Origin: a virus
Taxonomy: Duplodnaviria > Caudoviricetes
Strand: one strand, 5' to 3'
Virus record (IMG/VR): IMGVR_UViG_3300049173_000142
Coordinates: 1 to 53,508 of that record
DNA: 53,508 bases
The notes below the pieces were generated by a model. The model did not search any database. It saw only the letters and a list, made by a program, of their open reading frames with translations, and had not been told where the DNA came from. This document shows positions 44,615 through 53,290 of this stretch, piece by piece (position 1 is the first letter of the stretch; the number at the start of each line of letters is the position of its first letter). Both the position numbers and the translations under genes were made by a program.

Positions 44615-44895
44615 GCTTCGCTGCCTTCCGTCTTCACCGGCTGGCGTTCGCAGACAGCGCCGTAGTGGCGGAAGATTTCGCCCGTAGCCTTCGGGCCGTA
44701 CCATTCGACAAACTTCACCGCGACAGCGTCAAGAGCCCCGAACGCACCGGCGTCGGCCGGGAGACCCTGCCCCGCTAGATCTGCCATGATTTGATGCATG
44801 CAGTTTTTCGAGCTAGTGCGAACCGTGTTGTTTTTGATCGCTGTAAGATGGTCCATTTGACCGGTCTTGATGTAGTCGGAATATGACTTCGGCAT
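44611..44895 (-). CDS. Hypothetical protein
   Basis: GAGGA RBS before ATG 44895; coupled to neighbours. Confidence 0.65.
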   Translation of the reverse strand: MPKSYSDYIKTGQMDHLTAIKNNTVRTSSKNCMHQIMADLAGQGLPADAGAFGALDAVAVKFVEWYGPKATGEIFRHYGAVCERQPVKTEGSEA

Positions 44896-44906
44896 TTGTC
44901 GTTCCT

Positions 44907-46508
44907 CTATCGAATGTAACGGGTTTGGATTTGCTCTTCGCGGGCGGCGATGATGTTGGCGGCCCATTTTTCCGGGTCTTTCCGACCACGTAATTTTCCA
45001 AGAACGATCAACTGCTCTAGCGTTTGAGCCGCCTCGGTTTCCTTTTTCTCTTCGCGTCCCTTGAGGACATGCGCCGCCCAGGCAGTCGCCTTTTGAGGGC
45101 TGAAACCGCGTGCGATGCCCTGCTTTTTCAGGTCGTCAAGAGTCTTCGCCCGGCCTTGATCGCGGCGGACTTCTATTTTTTCCTGCCGTTCGATCTCTTT
45201 AAGTTCGCCTTCAAGCTCTTTGACGGACCGGCCCATGAACGGATAATCGTGTCCGCAATTCGGGCACTTCGGCGCGGGCCGATGGACCCGGTAGCAATTC
45301 GGACATTGGCGATTATCTTCTTTCTCTTCCTGCTCTTCGGCGTCGTTAGGTCCGCGCTTTTTCTTGTCGCGACCTTCGAGCGTCCACATGTGCTCGTCGT
45401 CGGGCAACCCGTGTCCGCGCCCGCCAAGTTCACGCGGAACGCTATTCGCCGAATGGTCTAGGATGAGGGCGTAAGGCTTCGGACCGGCGGCGATAGCGGC
45501 AACGCGGCCTTCGCGGGTATTAAGGTCGAAGCCCGGCGCGTATACCGGGCGAAGCACCCGGCCGACTTGCTGTAGGAAGAGCGAAAGCGAATGTGTCGGG
45601 CGAAGCAATATTGCGACTTCGATAGCCGGAAGGTCGAAGCCTTCGGACACAAGATCAACCGACGATAGAATTTGAATGTCGCCGCGTTCATAAGCTGCAA
45701 TAAGTCCGTCGCGGTCGTCGGAATCGCCGTCGATATGGGCGGCCCGATACCCGGCGGCTTGGAAGCGTTCGACGACTGCCAAACTGTGTTTGATGGATAC
45801 GCAAAAAACCATCGCCTTGCGGCCATGCGCGAGCCGCCGATAGTGTTCGACCACGTTGCCGGTGATGGCGGTCGCCGCCATGCGGGTCGCGAGGTCGCCG
45901 CGATTGTAGTCGCCGCCTGTCTTTTTGATGCCCGACAGGTCCGGCGCTGATGGCGCGAAGAGCCGGTAGGGCGACAGGAAGCCTTGATCTATCAGCCACG
46001 AAACCGACGGCCCCGTGACCATCTTATTGAACCACTTGCCGAGCCCGGTTCCGTCAAGGCGCTCCGGTGTAGCCGACAAGCCGACAATCTTCGACCCGCC
46101 GTCGCGGTAGCTGTCGATTACTTCTGCCCAGGTCGCCGCGCCCGCGTGATGCGCTTCATCGGGAATATAGAGGTCGGGTTTGCCATACCAATCTAGGCGC
46201 TTCTGCAAGGTCGGTATCATGGCAATCTGGACAAGTTGGCGACGGTCGCCCGTCGTGCCCGAAAGAATGACGCCGTATGGAATGCCGACCTTGTCAAAGG
46301 TCTTCGCGGTTTGCTTGATGAGTTCCCGACGATGGACGCCGAAGAAAACCCGCTTCTTACGCTTTTGCGCGCTACCGGACATGTAAGCCGCTAGGCCGGT
46401 CTTGCCGCCGCCGGTCGCCATCTGGACAAGCACCGAAGGCACTTCGCGCAAGGCGTCGCGCGTTTCCGTGACCAGTTCCGCTTGATATTGGCGAAGCGTG
46501 AACGCCAT
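44907..46508 (-). CDS. Superfamily 2 (DEAH) helicase with C-terminal Zn finger
   Basis: LRQYQ, ATGGGKT, DEAHH, LSATPER, EGFDLP, QQVGRVLR, CPNC..CPNCG. Confidence 0.95.
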   Translation of the reverse strand: MAFTLRQYQAELVTETRDALREVPSVLVQMATGGGKTGLAAYMSGSAQKRKKRVFFGVHRRELIKQTAKTFDKVGIPYGVILSGTTGDRRQLVQIAMIPTLQKRLDWYGKPDLYIPDEAHHAGAATWAEVIDSYRDGGSKIVGLSATPERLDGTGLGKWFNKMVTGPSVSWLIDQGFLSPYRLFAPSAPDLSGIKKTGGDYNRGDLATRMAATAITGNVVEHYRRLAHGRKAMVFCVSIKHSLAVVERFQAAGYRAAHIDGDSDDRDGLIAAYERGDIQILSSVDLVSEGFDLPAIEVAILLRPTHSLSLFLQQVGRVLRPVYAPGFDLNTREGRVAAIAAGPKPYALILDHSANSVPRELGGRGHGLPDDEHMWTLEGRDKKKRGPNDAEEQEEKEDNRQCPNCYRVHRPAPKCPNCGHDYPFMGRSVKELEGELKEIERQEKIEVRRDQGRAKTLDDLKKQGIARGFSPQKATAWAAHVLKGREEKKETEAAQTLEQLIVLGKLRGRKDPEKWAANIIAAREEQIQTRYIR

Positions 46509-46997
46509 TTATGCAGCGACCGCTTCACGTACATAAGCGGCCATAGCCGCGATGCGCGCCGGATTTCCGGCGTCGGCCGCTACTTCCGCATGGAATTCGC
46601 AGTAAGTCCCTTTCGCCCTGTCGCCGACATAACCGCCGCAATATAGCGACCGCTTGTAGTCAAAAGCTTCGTGGTGGCCCCAAAGCGGGAAATTGCAGCA
46701 ACCATGAACAAGCATTGCCGCCGGGATACCGGGCTCACCAAAAGCTTTCGGTGGATAACTCACGTTCACGCTTTTGTGATCGGAATCCAACAACTTAGAA
46801 ATCGGGCTGTTGACCGTTAACCTATTAACCTTTTTCCGAATGCCGCCCCGGCTACGCGGCGGAAACAAATCGCGACGACGGTCGGATAAGCCGTAGAGTT
46901 GCTTGACGGTGACACCTAACGCCGATGCGATATCCGGCCCGTTTTTATCTTCGCTCCAAAGCTTCGCAGCCATCGCGATTTTCTCCAATGTCCACAT
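46509..46997 (-). CDS. gcrA: GcrA-like transcription regulator
   Basis: MWTLEKI..KLW..DIASALGVT HTH; C-terminal CCNFPLW..YCG..YCEFH; AAGGAG RBS before ATG 46997. Confidence 0.8.
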   Translation of the reverse strand: MWTLEKIAMAAKLWSEDKNGPDIASALGVTVKQLYGLSDRRRDLFPPRSRGGIRKKVNRLTVNSPISKLLDSDHKSVNVSYPPKAFGEPGIPAAMLVHGCCNFPLWGHHEAFDYKRSLYCGGYVGDRAKGTYCEFHAEVAADAGNPARIAAMAAYVREAVAA

Positions 46998-47038
46998 ACT
47001 GTCATCACTCCTTAAAATCGTTTGCAATTTGTCAACAC

Positions 47039-48421
47039 CTAGAGCGAAACAGAGCGCGCTTTACGCTTTGCTTTTCTCTCTTCGGGCGCGGCTTTATCTT
47101 CCGCGAATAAACCATACACTTTGCGGCTAACGGTCGTTTCTGGCGTCTTCTTGAGTTCGCCGAACAACGGCAAGGCTTCGACCGGCGCGGCAATGGTTCG
47201 GGCGTGTAAACGCGCGACCGGGCCGGACAACACCAAGCCCATGCGCTTCGCGATATCCTTTTGATACTGTTCTTCGCGTTCCATCAGAACGGCGTTACAG
47301 CCTTCCCAATAAGCCGCCTCGCCTGTCGTGCCGGTACCAGCGAAAGGATCTAGCACCGTGCCGCCCTTCCGACATACCAGCCGGACCAGCCATCGCATAA
47401 GGTCCACCGGCTTGACGGTCGGATGATTTGAGCCCAGGCGGTCGTCGCCGTCGGCCTTTGCTGAATAGAAGAAACGGGCTGCGGATCCCGCATCCTTTCT
47501 TGCCAGTGACGGCAAACGTTCTAAACCATCGCCAAAGACAGCGCCGCCAAGCGGAACGCTACGTTCCCGACCGGAAATATCGCCTTGCTGTCCCGGTGTG
47601 TTCGGGAAGGCGGAAACAACCTCTTCGGAACCATCGTGAACGATGTTTGCCGGGTATCGTGGTTCAACATCGCCATCGGGAGTCCACGTGAAAACTTTGC
47701 AGTCGCCGACGTTGAGCCCGCCAGTTCCGTGCGCGAGAATGTTTTCTGCGACGGTTCCGATAAGCGGCTTCCGGGCGAATACGATAGGTTCCCACGCCGG
47801 TTTCAAAGCGGTTCCCCATCCATCCCATTCGGCGGCTTCTGGCGACCCTGGGCGGGTCACGGCTCGTTCGTAGGCGGGACGCTCTTCGCCCTTCCCTGCA
47901 TTTAATAAGGCGCTATTGCGCATGTCGTTCGATATGATTTCGGTGCCGATGACTTCCCGGCTCACGCCGAGGTGCTTGTCGATAGCTTTGCTTACGTTGT
48001 GGCTTTTCGGAAAGCCGGTACCGTACATCCAAGCCAGCTGGTCGCGGATTTCAAAGCCCGCGTCTTCGATAGCGCACGCCATCCGGTGATAGGTGCGCGT
48101 TCCTGAGAAGGCGACCAGAAAGGCACCGGGTTTCAAGACGCGGTATACCTCTTGCCAGAATGACACCGCGAAGGCGGTTTCGCCGGTATCCCACTTCTGC
48201 CCCATGAAGCCCGCCGACGACCTTGCGAACGCACCGGCCGCACCATCCTTCGGCGTCGCCGGTGCGGCGTTGTTTCCACCGAAGCGCTTTACGATGCTAT
48301 CCAAAGCATAAGGCGGGTCCATAACGCCAGCATCAACGCTGTTGTCGGCAAGCAATTTGAGATTTGCGCGGCAATCGCCATGATGCAACACAACGCGACC
48401 ATCAAGGAAAACGTTTTCCAT
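47039..48421 (-). CDS. DNA N6-adenine/N4-cytosine methyltransferase (beta class)
   Basis: MDPPY, RVLKPG, HPTVKP, VLDPFAGTGTTG. Confidence 0.93.
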   Translation of the reverse strand: MENVFLDGRVVLHHGDCRANLKLLADNSVDAGVMDPPYALDSIVKRFGGNNAAPATPKDGAAGAFARSSAGFMGQKWDTGETAFAVSFWQEVYRVLKPGAFLVAFSGTRTYHRMACAIEDAGFEIRDQLAWMYGTGFPKSHNVSKAIDKHLGVSREVIGTEIISNDMRNSALLNAGKGEERPAYERAVTRPGSPEAAEWDGWGTALKPAWEPIVFARKPLIGTVAENILAHGTGGLNVGDCKVFTWTPDGDVEPRYPANIVHDGSEEVVSAFPNTPGQQGDISGRERSVPLGGAVFGDGLERLPSLARKDAGSAARFFYSAKADGDDRLGSNHPTVKPVDLMRWLVRLVCRKGGTVLDPFAGTGTTGEAAYWEGCNAVLMEREEQYQKDIAKRMGLVLSGPVARLHARTIAAPVEALPLFGELKKTPETTVSRKVYGLFAEDKAAPEERKAKRKARSVSL

Positions 48422-48427
48422 ACAATT

Positions 48428-48625
48428 TTAGTCCTTTTGATTCGGCTGAGTTGCGGAATTGACTGTTTCGCCACTTGTTTGCAGTTTGTCAACACGATGA
48501 GCAAAACAACGCCATGTCCCTTTCTTACCTTTCAAAAGGTGGACGCCGAAGCCAAACGGTGCGTTGGGCTTGCCGCAAACGGCGCAATCGTGAGTGAACA
48601 GGGTCGTTAAATGGGAATTTACCAC
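48428..48625 (-). CDS. Small Zn-binding hypothetical protein
   Basis: HDCAVCGK..APFGFG..WRCFAH; first gene of the replication operon. Confidence 0.65.
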   Translation of the reverse strand: MVNSHLTTLFTHDCAVCGKPNAPFGFGVHLLKGKKGTWRCFAHRVDKLQTSGETVNSATQPNQKD

Positions 48626-48960
48626 GGGCTATTCCATATTTAATAAAACTTGATGAGTGTTAGCAATCTGTAATCACATTTGCAATCGGAAAACAATCCT
48701 CTTGATTTAATCAATTTTCTTTGTCATTTGGGATCAATCGTTTTCAATGTGAAAACTAGCTCGAATTAACTAGTCCGAAATGGTTAGAACAGGCCCCGAA
48801 ACTTACGAGACCAAGCAAACCCATTGAAAATTATGAGTAAACGCACTCTTCGGATTTAGTTCGTGGAGCGCCTGACATTAACTAAATTTAACGTAACAAC
48901 GTTTGGTAACGGACGATAAGCGTTGACAAAACGTCGGGGAGACGACATGAATTTTTCATT

Positions 48961-49602
48961 ATGCAAACAGAAATTGAATTCAATCATAAATGGTTCTCAA
49001 GAACGCTCGCTGAGAAGGGGATTTCTCAAGCTGAATTGTCGCGCGTCCTTGGAATTTCCCGATCCCAAATGTCTTTACTGCTGAGTGGGAAACGGAAAAT
49101 GACCATTGAATATGCATCCGAGATCGCCCGAATATTGGGCGTGCCCGTCGGCGATGTTTTAAGGAATGCTGGCGTTTCTGTCGGCTCATCTTTTGGCGCA
49201 TCCCGCGCAAGCGGAATGGAATCCTTACAGGTGCCGCTGGTGGGATGGGTGGACCATCTATCTAATGTTCATCTTGATTGGACCAAAAAGGACCAGCACT
49301 TTACGTTCGCAGCTGAATTCCCGCCGACGGCCGTAGCCGTTCAGTATCGCACCGCCCAAACCACGCAAGATATCAAAGATGGCTGGCTTATCGTAACGCT
49401 CCCGCCACGTGAGCCCGACGCCGACGCTATGCTTGATCGGTACTGCATAGTGAACATAAAAGACAACGGCACACAGATCCGAATGGTCCGTCGTGGCTAT
49501 TCGCCTGGGCGATATACTTTGCTCGGTTCCGACGGCGTACCTCCGATCCATGACGCCGAAGTAAGTTGGTTCTCCCCGATCCTGATGATCTGGCCGAAAT
49601 AA
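48961..49602 (+). CDS. CI-like repressor (XRE HTH plus degenerate S24-like C-domain)
   Basis: GISQAELSRVLGISRSQMSLLLSGKRKMT HTH; VPLVGWV linker; divergent from the replication operon. Confidence 0.8.
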   Translation: MQTEIEFNHKWFSRTLAEKGISQAELSRVLGISRSQMSLLLSGKRKMTIEYASEIARILGVPVGDVLRNAGVSVGSSFGASRASGMESLQVPLVGWVDHLSNVHLDWTKKDQHFTFAAEFPPTAVAVQYRTAQTTQDIKDGWLIVTLPPREPDADAMLDRYCIVNIKDNGTQIRMVRRGYSPGRYTLLGSDGVPPIHDAEVSWFSPILMIWPK

Positions 49603-49636
49603 CCTTACCAAATCGCACCAATAATTTTCATTGAGT

Positions 49637-49691
49637 GTTGACAATAGCCAAACGTGTTTGCAAATTCGTCCTACGTTGACAAATTGCAAAC
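49637..49691 (+). promoter_or_regulatory. Early promoter with tandem 17-bp operators
   Basis: TTGACA-N17-CAAATT; GTTGACAATAGCCAAAC 49637-49653; GTTGACAAATTGCAAAC 49675-49691. Confidence 0.75.
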
Positions 49692-49703
49692 ACGGATTCG
49701 CTG

Positions 49704-50153
49704 ATGCACATTCAAGAAAACCATTACTACATGTCCCGCCAAGGAACGCGTGTCGGTCCTGTCGAACGCAACGGCCCCGAGCATCCCGGCGGCTGGCCTT
49801 GGAAGGCTAGCGGCTTTCATTTTACAGCACTTGGCAGAATTAGCCACGACACAGCGTCGCCCATGGATATCGTTGCACCATGGCCCGGTGCTTCGTTGGT
49901 CCAAAGTCAAATACGCACCGTGCGTTCTATGAAGGTAGGCGTGTGGCTGGACTTCGGCATTCTGATGGCTTCGGTCACAGTAGAAGGCGACAAGCTGTCA
50001 ATTGATAGTGCTTGGCTGGAGCCCGCCGGGTCCGGTGTAAAAATCCCGCTAAAGGCTTCGACGCTTGGCAGTCTATCCGCTTTACGCGGCAACCTTTGGA
50101 AGACGTTCGAACAGCTTATCTTTTCCCGCACTCAAGACGAAATCGCAGCCTGA
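49704..50153 (+). CDS. Hypothetical protein
   Basis: YYMSRQG.RVGP..W..G..MDIVAPW motif; first gene after the promoter. Confidence 0.65.
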   Translation: MHIQENHYYMSRQGTRVGPVERNGPEHPGGWPWKASGFHFTALGRISHDTASPMDIVAPWPGASLVQSQIRTVRSMKVGVWLDFGILMASVTVEGDKLSIDSAWLEPAGSGVKIPLKASTLGSLSALRGNLWKTFEQLIFSRTQDEIAA

Positions 50154-50178
50154 TCCGGCGCTCATTTCTTGGAGTCCA

Positions 50179-51168
50179 GTGTTGACAAAATGTAAACAAT
50201 ATTCCGACGCCGCCGTTTGGCAGAAGCCCCGGACCGAAGCCAAGTGGTTGAAGCTTCGTGAAGGCGACATTACTGCGACGGCCGCCGCCGCCTTGTTCGG
50301 TGCCTCCCCATACATGACGCCGTTTGATCTTTTCCACCGGCTTGCGGGAAACATGACGGTTGTCATCGAAGAGTCCGAAAGGATGCTTTGGGGGAAACGG
50401 CTGCAGGACTCCATTGCCGCCGGTATCTGCGAAGACAACGGATGGAAGATCGTTGACGGCCATCCATTCCTTTATGCCCGGTCCAAGTTGCTTGAAGGCA
50501 TGGCGGCGTCGCCCGACTACATCATTGAAGACGTCGCCCGGCCGGAACTTGGTTACGGTTCGCTTGAAATCAAGAACGTCGATTACTTCATCGCGAAAGA
50601 TGATTGGAGCGACGAAGAGTCCCCGGCGCATATCGAATTGCAGCTGCAACATCAGCTGGCGGTTTGCGGGCTTTCATGGGGAGCCGTCGGCGGTCTTATC
50701 GGCGGCAATAAGTCGAAGGTCTTCCGCCGGGATGCCGACGTTGAAGTCATGGAAGCGATTTTCCACGCTGCCCGCGAAATGTTCGACCGCGTCAAGCGCA
50801 ACGACCCGCCAGCGCCCGACTACGGCAAAGACTACGAAACGATTAGGACGCTCTACAAGCACGCCACCATTGGCAAGAGCATCAATCTTGAATTCCCGGA
50901 CGACGCCGAAACCGACGTTGAAAAGCTGACCGCGCTAATCGAGCAAAAGTACAACGCCGATATCGCTTTCAAGCTGGCCGAAGAAGACAAAAAGCGGGCC
51001 GCCGCCGAACTTCTGGACTTCATCCAAGACACCGAAAGCGTGATCGGCAACGGCTGGAAAGTCATCGCCGGGACCACGCACAAGCAAGCGTACACGGCCG
51101 AAGTCAAGGCTTCCACCTTCCGCACGCTCAAAGTTTCCAAACCTAAACCGAAGAAAGAAAAATCATGA
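50179..51168 (+). CDS. YqaJ-like viral recombinase exonuclease (lambda Exo family)
   Basis: WLKLR..ITATAAAALFG.SPY, WGKRL, MAASPDY, LEIKNV, QLQHQL; GGAG RBS before GTG 50179. Confidence 0.9.
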   Translation: MLTKCKQYSDAAVWQKPRTEAKWLKLREGDITATAAAALFGASPYMTPFDLFHRLAGNMTVVIEESERMLWGKRLQDSIAAGICEDNGWKIVDGHPFLYARSKLLEGMAASPDYIIEDVARPELGYGSLEIKNVDYFIAKDDWSDEESPAHIELQLQHQLAVCGLSWGAVGGLIGGNKSKVFRRDADVEVMEAIFHAAREMFDRVKRNDPPAPDYGKDYETIRTLYKHATIGKSINLEFPDDAETDVEKLTALIEQKYNADIAFKLAEEDKKRAAAELLDFIQDTESVIGNGWKVIAGTTHKQAYTAEVKASTFRTLKVSKPKPKKEKS

Positions 51169-52115
51169 GCAATTCAACCGCTGTCGCACTAGCCGCGCCC
51201 AGGACACAAGCCCTATCGGTTTTTGCCGACGAAGCGTCATTCGAATCCGCGTTGCGGCTGGTCAAGCCGCTTGTCCAATCCAATCTTGTGCCCGTAGCGT
51301 ATCAAGGCGTTGAGAAGACCGGCAACGCTCTTATCGCCCTTGATATGGCGAACCGTATGGGATTGTCGCCCATCATCGTTATGCAAAATTTGCACGTCAT
51401 TGAAGGCCGTCCATCTTGGTCGTCCAAGTTCATAATCGGCGCTCTTGCATCGTGCGGGCTGTTTTCACCCATCCGCTGGAAAATCCGTGATCTCGGCGAA
51501 GTCGTAGCCGAAAAGGTTGAGTGGTCCGGTCAGAAGGGCGCACGGACCAAAAGCGTCGTTAAGTTCAAAATTCAAGACAAGGAATTCATCGCAACCGCGA
51601 TTGAAAAGGCAACCGGCGAAATCCTCGAAGGTCCGCCCGTCACTTTCTCCATGGCTATCGCCGAGGGCTGGTATCACCGGCCGGGCTCCAAATGGCTAAC
51701 AATGCCGGACCTGATGGGCCGCTATCGCTCCGCTTCCATGTTCGGCGGCCTCTACGCACCGCACATTACGAACGGCATGCCGACGCAAGAAGAAGTCTAC
51801 GACATGGCACCGGATGAATACGAGGTCGTAGAGACGTCGGCAACGACGCAACAGCTTCCGGCCGACGGCAAGCCCGCCGCCCGGCCGAAAGGCGTCCACG
51901 CCGCCATAAACAAGGGCAAGGCGAAAAAGGAAGATAAGCCCGCCGAAGCGCAAGCCGGAGACACAACGCTTAGTGGCGGACCCGCCGAAGGAACCGAAGA
52001 GTTGGACGCCGACCGCTTAGGCGACGACAACGCCGACGGAGAACAGCAAGGCGACGTGTCGGGTAGTGGCGACATGTTCGACGCTCCCGGCGATGAAGAC
52101 TACGACCCGGCATAA
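51165..52115 (+). CDS. RecT-like single-strand annealing protein
   Basis: IALDMA.RMGLSP..VMQNL.VI.GRPSWSS.F, SKW.TMP..M.RYR; acidic tail; paired with YqaJ. Confidence 0.8.
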   Translation: MSNSTAVALAAPRTQALSVFADEASFESALRLVKPLVQSNLVPVAYQGVEKTGNALIALDMANRMGLSPIIVMQNLHVIEGRPSWSSKFIIGALASCGLFSPIRWKIRDLGEVVAEKVEWSGQKGARTKSVVKFKIQDKEFIATAIEKATGEILEGPPVTFSMAIAEGWYHRPGSKWLTMPDLMGRYRSASMFGGLYAPHITNGMPTQEEVYDMAPDEYEVVETSATTQQLPADGKPAARPKGVHAAINKGKAKKEDKPAEAQAGDTTLSGGPAEGTEELDADRLGDDNADGEQQGDVSGSGDMFDAPGDEDYDPA

Positions 52116-52124
52116 GGAAAGATC

Positions 52125-52319
52125 ATGTCCGACGTTACACTTTTGGTTCCGACCGAAGCCGCGAAGCGTTTACGCGCTTCTGCAAGCACCTTGGCCCGCT
52201 GGCGTGTCCATGGCACCGGGCCACTCTACATCAAGCGTATGGGTCGCATCTTCTATCGCGATATCGATCTCGATGCCTACGAGAAAGAGAACGAACGTAC
52301 GCAAACGCGAGGGGAATAG
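52125..52319 (+). CDS. Excisionase-like wHTH protein (AlpA/HTH_17)
   Basis: EAAKRLRASASTLARWRVHGTGP.YIK..RIFYR..DLDAY. Confidence 0.8.
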   Translation: MSDVTLLVPTEAAKRLRASASTLARWRVHGTGPLYIKRMGRIFYRDIDLDAYEKENERTQTRGE

Positions 52320-52321
52320 CG

Positions 52322-52522
52322 ATGCAGTTGCCTAGTTCAAACACCGTTACCCGCCGCGTCCGCATTCTCGCCGACAACGGGCATGAAGCACTAGTGCGGT
52401 GCGTCGATAGCAAGGCCGAATACGTCTTGCCAATGGCAAACGCGGACTTCGCGCCTACCGGTCCAAACGTCTACCTTATGACCCTGGGCGAAACGACAGC
52501 AATTGACGCCGGTATCATCTAA
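52322..52522 (+). CDS. Hypothetical protein
   Basis: GAGGGG RBS; TAATG coupling to the HNH gene. Confidence 0.6.
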   Translation: MQLPSSNTVTRRVRILADNGHEALVRCVDSKAEYVLPMANADFAPTGPNVYLMTLGETTAIDAGII

Positions 52523-53118
52523 TGATCCGCGCCGACGTCATGCCGCTTTTCAAACAATGGTTGCGCGATTGCGGTGCCGAAGTACTCGGCCCGACGTCGG
52601 AATGGGAAGTCTTGCGCGTCGTCACCTATCACGGCACGCAAGTCGTCCACCGCAACAAAAAGGGGAACCAGATATGGCCGCCGCATATCGCGGCCGTAGC
52701 TCAACAATTCCTGAATAACGAATTCCCTTCTCTGTCGGCGGGTCGTCGGGCGCGAAAGTCTTCCAAGATGCGGCAACGCTACAGCGCTCTTGTCGAGCGC
52801 GATGGCAACGGTTGCTTCTACTGCGGTGAAGTCGTGCCGGAACCGGATATTCCGACCGCCGATGGTTACGGGCCGACAATCGAACATTTGGTGCCCCACG
52901 CCCACGGCGGACCAAATCACCTATCGAATTGCTTCCTTGCGCATAGCCGCTGCAACAACATCGCGGGCGCATTGTCAGCCGTTCAAAAGATCAAGCTTAG
53001 AGAAAAAATGCGGAAAGCGGCAAATGACAACCGAAAACGAACCTATCGCACCGGCGACCGCCGAGCCTCTCGAATACGAATTGACGAACTTCCGCTACGG
53101 CATGCAGGCGCTAGTTGA
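52522..53118 (+). CDS. HNH endonuclease domain protein
   Basis: ERDG..CFYCG..TIEHLVP...GG..LSN..LAH..CN. Confidence 0.88.
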   Translation: MIRADVMPLFKQWLRDCGAEVLGPTSEWEVLRVVTYHGTQVVHRNKKGNQIWPPHIAAVAQQFLNNEFPSLSAGRRARKSSKMRQRYSALVERDGNGCFYCGEVVPEPDIPTADGYGPTIEHLVPHAHGGPNHLSNCFLAHSRCNNIAGALSAVQKIKLREKMRKAANDNRKRTYRTGDRRASRIRIDELPLRHAGAS

Positions 53119-53290
53119 TGAACGGAAGCGCCGCGAAATCCGCTTGATTGATCTTGAAGAGTGGTCCGGTGTCAGCATGAACAGCTTGTACGCGTGGAAG
53201 TCCGGTGTTCGGTCGCCGACACTGGTTCACTTGTGCGCGCTAGCGAAACCGCTTGGCTTCGAAGTCATCTTGCGACGGATCAAACCTTGA
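53024..53290 (+). CDS. XRE-family HTH protein
   Basis: RLIDLEEWSGVSMNSLYAWKSGVRSPTLVHLCALAKPLG. Confidence 0.75.
   Translation: MTTENEPIAPATAEPLEYELTNFRYGMQALVDERKRREIRLIDLEEWSGVSMNSLYAWKSGVRSPTLVHLCALAKPLGFEVILRRIKP

Noticed and set aside
48878-48892. CtrA box TTAA-CTAAAT-TTAAC upstream of CI
   Set aside because: Spacer is 6 nt rather than the canonical 7, in an AT-rich context
3311-50197. 17-bp motif as a host FNR/FixK (TTGAT-N4-ATCAA) or LexA (GTTC-N7-GTTC) site
   Set aside because: The core is TTGAC-N5-GYMAA; spacing and bases do not fit either consensus
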